From positions 3,361,801-3,425,800 of the forward strand of contig OZ316891.1 in NCBI GenBank assembly GCA_973895155.1: a DNA stretch of 64,000 nucleotides, written 5' to 3'. This DNA comes from Marsupella aquatica. Its lineage: Eukaryota > Plantae > Marchantiophyta. The notes beneath the pieces are model-generated. The model made no database searches. It was not told the DNA's origin and worked only from the letters and a program-made list of their open reading frames with translations. Both the position numbers and the translations under genes were made by a program. This document shows, piece by piece, positions 56,801 through 64,000 of this stretch; the stretch's first letter is position 1; each line of letters starts with the position of its first letter.

Positions 56801-57600
56801 CAGTCATACCAACTCCAGCTAGTGATATCTAACAAATAAGTATATTGAAAGCTTCAACGGGTAAGCTGTACCATTAGGATAGTGTGACCATAAATCTGCA
56901 CCTGGACAATTTGTGCAGTAGGAGAGAACTTATCCAGGGGAGAGAACTTATCCTCTGTCACGAAATCCTCAATAATATCCCAAGTTGGATTGGGCCTGGG
57001 ATCAGTCAAATGTTGGTATTAAAGCATGAGAGGGAGCCTTGACCACAAGAAAGATGGGAGAGCCATCTCCCACTATTCACACCTAACGCATCAAATGAAA
57101 ATGCTGCTCCAGGGGATAAGCTCTGACTGTCATTCAGATGGCAAGGTTACATCTGCACATGGACGATCCCAGTTAGAGAGGGACTTCTTGTCAAGAATTG
57201 AGAGACATCCCGAGTTGAGCTGGACCTGAGCACAGTCAGAGTCTGATTTTCGGTCGTGGTTGATTTAGGAGCGACGGAGTCACAGAAAACGATGGACTGA
57301 GCCTGGACCACCAGCAAACAAGGCAGGACGCATGAAGTTGACTCGGAAAGTTTTGGCTCAGGTAAGACTGAGACAATTTGAAGCGGTGGATAAGTTCAGT
57401 CCTGAGACATCAAGCTGACCTGGAATGTCTTGAGATTTAGGAATCCACTGACAAAATTTCAACAAAGCGCAGCGTAAAGACTTAATAAGCAGATGTAAAA
57501 ACGGAAGACAACCCTTTGATCAAATTGGGAGGGTGCGTTTTGCCCCTTCAAGTTTTTGTTGTCACTATAAGCCAGGGTGCTTCCCTTTCCCTGCCTAGAA
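50850..57600 (-). pseudogene. Possible decayed coding sequence of unidentified family
   Basis: A series of protein-like minus-strand reading-frame fragments broken by stops and frameshifts, e.g. 54362..54688, 53381..53602, 53029..53379 and 50876..51064. No motif recognised. Confidence 0.25.
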
Positions 57601-57642
57601 GCTACATTTCACCAATTTTTCTGATAGATAATTATATCCATA

Positions 57643-57813
57643 CTAGCCCAATGCCTGTGCGTTGCACAAAAGATATCGAGGTGAGGAAAAAGATGTCAGG
57701 TGAGAAAAAGAAGTTGAGGTGAAGAAAAAGATGTTGAGATGAAAAAGATGTCCTTGAGAGAAAAAGATTGTAGCTTGGGTAGGTATTTATTTTAAACGGT
57801 GTGTATGGATAGA
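57643..57813 (-). mobile_element. Short non-autonomous Helitron
   Basis: Minus strand ends gtgcaacgcacaggcattgggCTAG|T. It has the same aaagatgt..ggtgag interior repeats as the other copies. Candidate A|TCTA 5' end at 57813. Confidence 0.65.
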
Positions 57814-58439
57814 TCTGATAGTGTAGAAAAATAATGTTTTGATAAAGTTCTAAGATCTATTCCCATTTTTTATGAGTTTGAAAAAGAACTATCCCATCTT
57901 TTTGGTGGGATAGGGTATTACATGGGAGACTCTCCTTCCCCTTTCATTACCTCAAAGATACATTAAAAAGGAAAATCAAAATTTAGCTTTTTGAGAAAGA
58001 ATAAAAAACAAAACTGTACAAATTCCCTTCCCACTAATAAATATATTGTTCAAAAGTATAGACACCTATTTGGAGAGTATTACTCTACTTCCTTCCAATA
58101 ATATAAATTTTATAGCATGTAATGATTGAGTACACTATTGAATATTCATATGTGACAAAAACATTGTGCTGTTCTTAACTTGTACTGGCTAGGTGTTCAC
58201 TTCCAATTATTATCACCTAGGTAGCACCTACATTAGGTACTTTATTGTCTTGTTTGCTTGGTTACACTCATTTGTAACTCATCAAAGGTGGGAATAAACT
58301 ATAACATAAATCCAATGGTAAGCAAGTGTTCCCACCAAATCTCATTTTGGAAACGGACGATAGACAACTTTTGGCGGGATCAAGTATTATAGTTGTAGAT
58401 GGTCTGTCTGGTCTGAGCCCTAGATTTAAGGATAAACGC

Positions 58440-58700
58440 TAGATCTGGGTATTAACCCCATTGGCCAAATAGGGTTTTGGGTGATTTAGTAGCAAAATCT
58501 TCTGTCATTTACTGTGTACAACTAGTGAACTCCAATGTTCTACCGACGAACTTGAGTGTTGTAGTTTTTGAGTGTTCAGTCCTTTTGGTGCTTTATGGTA
58601 TTGCATTGGATTTCTGGGTGGCCCCTTCTGCGAGTTTACCCCCTAAAAAGCTCTTTGATAAATTACTTGCAATTGTCGCCAAATGATTCATTACCCATTT
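58440..58700 (+). pseudogene. Possible degenerate LINE reverse-transcriptase fragment
   Basis: Translation GDLVAKSSVI...ALDFWVAP...KKLFDKLLAIVAK loosely resembles the 'VN..KS...YLG...W..L..K' end of non-LTR RT. Weak evidence. Confidence 0.25.
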
Positions 58701-60943
58701 ATTAAGTTTCCTTGTTGGACATACCAAATGGTCCTTGGTTTAATTAATTGTTCCTTACCGAGAGAGAAGGGTCATGTTGTCTTGGCTCTAGATGCCAACA
58801 AGTATGGGGAGCAAATTGAACCCCATGGTTGGACTGTTCCTAAGAGCATTTTTACAGCCTGCTTTACCACTGCTCCTTTTCATCCACTAAACCACCAATT
58901 AATGAACCCCAGAGAGAAAATTTGGCAATTATTGCAAGCTTCCCCACTGGTGACCGTAGCCATATCTATAAATATATAGAGGTCAGCTTCCAAACCCAAA
59001 CAAACTATCATCCACTAGTTTTAGCAAGAAAGGTAGCCTCCAAACCAGCCTGCCATTCAAACCTCGATTCTCAAGACTGCCAAAAAAACACTTCTGGATT
59101 CATTAATTTGTATAGTACATTTGTAGGTACACACATACAATTTGAAGAATGTGGGTCAGTTTGGGATTTTTTGATCCAGCTTGACACTGGGAGAATCCCA
59201 ACCTGTCCATAGATCTGCAATATAAATTTTTTGCCTCTGCTCATATGATTATGTAAAATATACTGTACATTACTAAAGAGAGGGCATTAATTTGTAACAT
59301 TTCAGCTTGTGTGACCAAACCTATTTGCTGATGGGCCTGTTTATTTTCAAATCAATGAGTGCATACCTTGTATTCCTACAATAAATTTCTTTATGATTTT
59401 TAAAACAACGAGTGCACCTTATATCACAACATTTTGATGTGTGGTATATTACCACAATAAACTTCATTATTATTTTTAGATCAAAATGAGTGCACCCCGT
59501 ATACCGTATATGACGATGTGTGATTTGCGGCAGGGCAAATCAATAATCTCAACAAGTATCTTGGGTCCCGTCAACGTACTGTACATGCACACGACCGCGA
59601 CGCGCGATGCCAACACGACCCTCGAACCAAAGGAATCGAAATCTCCTCTCGCTCCCTCTCTGCCTCTTCGTTCTCTGGCCCTTCGTTCGTTCGGTGGCAT
59701 CCCACACCGCGCCCTTCTTCGCCATCTCTGTTTCGTCTCCCCTGCGCTGTGCTGCGCTGCGCTGCCCTGCCCTGCCCTGCCCTCCCTCTCTGTTCGCTTC
59801 CGTGCGATGCTTCGCTGTGTTGTGCTGTGGCTTTGCTTAGCTGCGCTGTTCTGAGCTTTACATCTGCCTGCCGTTGGTCTCTTCCGCTTCCTTCGATTTG
59901 GATGGACGCCGATGATGTTCGTCTGGTTCTGAAATGCACGAAAGAAACGGCCATGCGTTTGAAGTTGTCGCGAGCCTACTGTGGCATGAAGATATGACTG
60001 TATGAGGTGGAATATAACTGTGATGTCTGTGATCGGTTCGGTGTGACGCTAAATTGTTTCTTGCGGGTAAGCGGGATTATTAAGATGTGTGGAGTAATTG
60101 CTACTGTAGTGACGGGCAACGCAATTTTTTTTTGTGTGCAGCGACGTATACGAAAAACGAAAAGGTTTTTATTCAAATGATGCGTGTGATTTGACGGCGA
60201 TCTGGTTCGAGGAGTAACCCGGAAAATGATTATTGGTCGTCCAGATTAATTGTCGTGAGACGCGATCTCCGAATCGGGGATGAAGGTTCAGAATGTGAGA
60301 CAATAGCCGCAGTCTTGTCTGTGATTTTACTTAATCTGGGGATGTGTTTACAGTAATCGAGGTGTCTTGTCAGCTTTCATCCTCGCTCGCCCTTCTCAAT
60401 CGGTCTGGAGCTGCAGTCCGTCGAGATGATCATTTGATGTGGACGTACGTTGCGCGTACCTATCTGCTCGGTCTGCTTTAGCTGCCCGCTCATTCGTTCA
60501 ACATGTGGCGTGTCATTTCCTTCTTGCGGTACAAGCAATGACAATGCTGCACACGGGTACATAAGCTGGGCCACTTGGTTGAGGAAGAAGGCGCCGCACT
60601 GAGATTGTCAGGAAGAGCGGGGCTGCAGTCATCGAGCTACACCATTCGGTGGTCTGCACCCGTCTCTCTGTTTCCTAGGGAGGCGAAGTGCGCACTGAAG
60701 GAAAACTCGAGGGAAAACTCAGTGCATCTTCTCTTCCATCTATCCGGAACAGCGCGCTAGAGACCATTTATGAGACCAACAATGTCTCTAATTTGAATTT
60801 CTAAGCTGTCCTTCCTGAATCGTTACTTCCGATTTCAATGACATTCGCTGTGTGCGTATTGGTGACACATCCGAAATACAGGCAGTCAAGTGCCTGATTT
60901 CAATCGACAGCATTCGTCGATAACTAGATCGTAGTTTACAGAG

Positions 60944-63900
60944 ATGGATGGGTCCAGAGGTAGAATATTTGAATCGGTTCATCGTAGCGCTGTTCTCCAT
61001 TGTACGGTAGCAACACGTATATCCATATTTTTTTTAGTTTTACAGCTCCAATTTTTGGGCCGCTCAAGCAGCAAAGCGGCCGGCGCAGCATTACATGGTT
61101 GCGGTAGCGACCTAGATGCGACAATTCTTTCGTACCCTTTCTGCAACAAATCACTTTCAATCGGTGAGCGATCCCAGGATTTGGTGTCCAGATTGAATCT
61201 GACGGAAAAAATCTCGCAGCTAGTGAATGCAGCGCCTGAGATTCCACGTCTCGGCATACCCAAACATGAGTGGTGGAATGAAGCCTTACATGGAGTGGCG
61301 GAGAGTCCGGGAGTTTCATTCGCAGAAACAGCCAAAGCTGTAACTAGCTTTCCCCAGCCAATCTTGACTGCGGCATCGTTCAACAAAACATTATGGACCC
61401 TGATTGGCGAGGTCAGTATCATCTCAATCTTCCATTCAATGAAATTTGAATGATAAGAGTGGCACGTGAATGCATTTCAGCCATTTTGCTCAGTGAGGCA
61501 GGAGCATTGTCGTTTCCGTTACTTCTCAATCTTTGGTATCCAGATGAGTGACCGCGAGATATTACGAGTGATTACTGGACACAGGGGATTCGGTTTTACG
61601 TGTACGTAGGAGGGGATCAAACTGAACATTGCATCTTAACATGACGAGGATTACATTCTTAGGACTTCACATGAGGAGGATTCCGTTCTTAGGACGTCCG
61701 AGATATTGAGGGTGATTACTGGACACACGAGATTCGGTTTTACGTCTACGTAGGAGGGATGAAACTGAACATTGCATCTTAACAAGAAGAGGATTACATT
61801 CTTAGGACTTAACATGAAGAGGATTCCGTTCTTAGGACGTCCAGCGTGCAGTTCATTTCCTAAGCGAAAGATATGGTAATACTACTATACTAGTAAAACT
61901 TTTAATTATTCCCCCAGCTCTTCTAAAACCTCTCACGTAAGGTATTTGGAAGGTGACCTGGCTTCTGACGAGGTGCTTACATGCTCCTCTGCCGAAAATG
62001 GACCTTATAGTAATCATGTTAGTGCTCGCTGACGACGTTTCAAGTCAAGTGCGTTCCCTTCATGTGTGGGATGGGATTGCAGGCTATCTCCACAGAAGGG
62101 CGAGCGATGTATAATCTCGGTCAATCTGGTCTGACGTTTTGGGCTCCGAATATCAACATTTTCCGAGATCCGAGATGGGGAAGAGGACAAGAAACACCTG
62201 GAGAAGATCCGTTCTTAACAAGCGCTTATGCTACTGCTTTTGTGAAAGCAATGCAAGTGATCAACTATGCAGAAGAAGGAAGCAATTTTTCTACTCCGTT
62301 TGATCGACAGTCGGGTAACTTAGTGGCGTCAAATCCCTCGTCAAATCTCTCGTCAAATACTGGCGACTTTGATAGCATGTTGAAGACCTCCGTTTGTTGT
62401 AAGCACTTCACAGCGTACGATCTGGAAAACTGGGACGGTTACGATCGTTATCACTTCAATGCCGAGGTAATGTACTCCTCCCAACATAGTGCACCATTGA
62501 TAGAAGGGAGGACCGAGCACTTTTTACTCTCACCGTTGATTGAACAATTGGATACCGTTGAAGTATCTCTCATCTAGTTTCTTAGCAACTCGTTTGTAGG
62601 ATTCCCTCTTCTTAGAAGGAATTGCACTTTAGAAATTTGCTTTTCAGTGAGGAATGACTGCACTTTCTACAGGTGCAATAAAAGTGCCAATGCCTGCCTT
62701 AGGGCGTGGCTCCATCTGAATTTCACATAGGCGAAAAGAAATCTTTAAAAGAAATAAAGAATTCGTCCCGTAATCCTCATGACAAGCAAACTAAAAGCAG
62801 TAGAATTCTAAAGATTTTGTACTGACCGTCTTGATCTGAATACTTGGTGATGGCTTTCCAGGTGTCCAATGAAGATCTGGAAGACACCTACAATCCTCCA
62901 TTCCAAAGCTGTGTTGAGCAGGGACAAGCGAGTAGCGTAATGTGTTCCTACAATCGTGTGAATGGCGTTCCTGCATGTGCCGATTACAATTTCCTCACAG
63001 TTACTGCGAGGCAGCGTTGGGGGCTCAATGGGTATAGATCCAAAATCTAATACGTGGAATCTTCTTGCTAAATCCGGCTCCTCTGTTTTCGCTGCTTTCC
63101 AATTCATAAATCTGATCAGTCGCTGTACTCACACTCAGCTGATCGAAGGTCTAACGAGCCTCCTGCCGCACTAGCTTAGAAGCTGCACCAATCCGGTTCA
63201 AATTGGAAATTCATGGTGTGACAGAATTCTTTGTGGGATATCGGTACGGACCACGTTCGATGTGATCGAGAGTGTGATGTAGAACAGTGAATTCCTCTAA
63301 ACGATTTTTCTGTTTTCAGGTATATTGTATCGGACTGTGATGCAGTAGAGCTCATTTATGATTCAATAGGTTACGTCCCTACTGGAGAAGATGCAACTGC
63401 TATCACATTCAACGCTGGTAAGCAAGCAATTGACGAAGCTACGCGGCTTACATCTCTCACAAGAAGCGCCTAACCTTACAAAGTATTTATGACATGATAT
63501 GCACCACAGGTCGGAGACAGTGACATAGGTTCAGATCACTGTCCAGTGCTCAGTTGACTTCATATAATAACAGGCAGGCATTTGATTTGATGTTCTATTA
63601 TTGTCCGTAAGGGACAATTAGCCCGGAGATCTTTTGGTACCAATTGCGATTCCCAGTTAATGTACTTGAACAGAGCGATTAATGTGCGATTGATTTGTCT
63701 ATCTTTGCGCTTAATAGATATGATTATAGTTTGAGTGGTTTGGTATGATGCATTTTGATATTAGATCGTCCACAAAACTAATTGTGACCAATGATCATCT
63801 ACAGGTATGGACCTTAATTGTGGAACGACTGCAGCAACTTTCGGACAGTCTGCAGTTGACCAAGGAAAACTCAACGAGACAACAATAGATGGCGCCCTTG

Positions 63901-64000
63901 TCAACCTGTTTCAGGTTCGGATACGCCTTGGGGAATTCGACGGCGATCCCCGGTATCAAATTTACGGTTCTTTAGGTGAATCAGACATCTGCTCATCTGC
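60944..64000 (+). CDS. BXL: Glycoside hydrolase family 3 beta-D-xylosidase/alpha-L-arabinofuranosidase (5' part; continues beyond window)
   Basis: Exons 60944-61411, 62083-62466, 62862-63031, 63320-63417 and 63805->64000. Motifs [75 protein letters not shown], nucleophile motif [10 protein letters not shown], and GMDLNCG. Hydrophobic N-terminal segment. Confidence 0.95.
61556..61842. repeat. Intronic tandem duplication, 2 x ~143 bp
   Basis: gagatatt...gtgattactggacac...ggattccgttcttaggacgtcc occurs twice in the first coding intron of the GH3 gene. Each unit contains an internal ~30-bp duplication. Confidence 0.9.

Overview
This is eukaryotic land-plant nuclear DNA. The evidence is GT-AG introns, plant-type gene families and a tRNA-iMet-primed Ty1/copia element. 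Divergent proteins and 5'UTR introns suggest a non-seed plant such as a bryophyte or lycophyte, but that is inference. Five protein-coding genes were resolved by hand: (1) a 135-aa plant protein of the 'MSLxCLxC...PRLxRxxAVRRD' type (-); (2) a 12-exon ABCC/MRP transporter (-, ~1541 aa); (3) a 3-exon 2-oxoglutarate/Fe(II) dioxygenase (+); (4) a divergent F-box/Tubby-like protein with an intronless CDS (-); (5) the 5' part of a GH3 beta-xylosidase (+, runs off the window). The intergenic DNA is rich in transposons whose ends can be read directly. These include a full-length but dead copia element (two LTRs, 5-bp TSD, PBS, PPT) whose RT core is replaced by a MITE, a MULE-like element with a 10-bp TSD, and a 1.8-kb foldback element with ~600-bp arms. 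There are also four Helitron-type 3' ends, a tRNA-derived SINE with a 17-bp TSD and an adjacent empty paralogous site, LINE 3' tails, small MITEs and tandem repeats. No CRISPR array, rRNA or true tRNA gene was seen. I found no clearly new biological system. The best leads are the foldback element, the SINE/LINE pair, the RT-core replacement, the divergent Tubby gene and a decayed coding-like region at 50.8-57.6 kb. All coordinates and alignments were done by eye.
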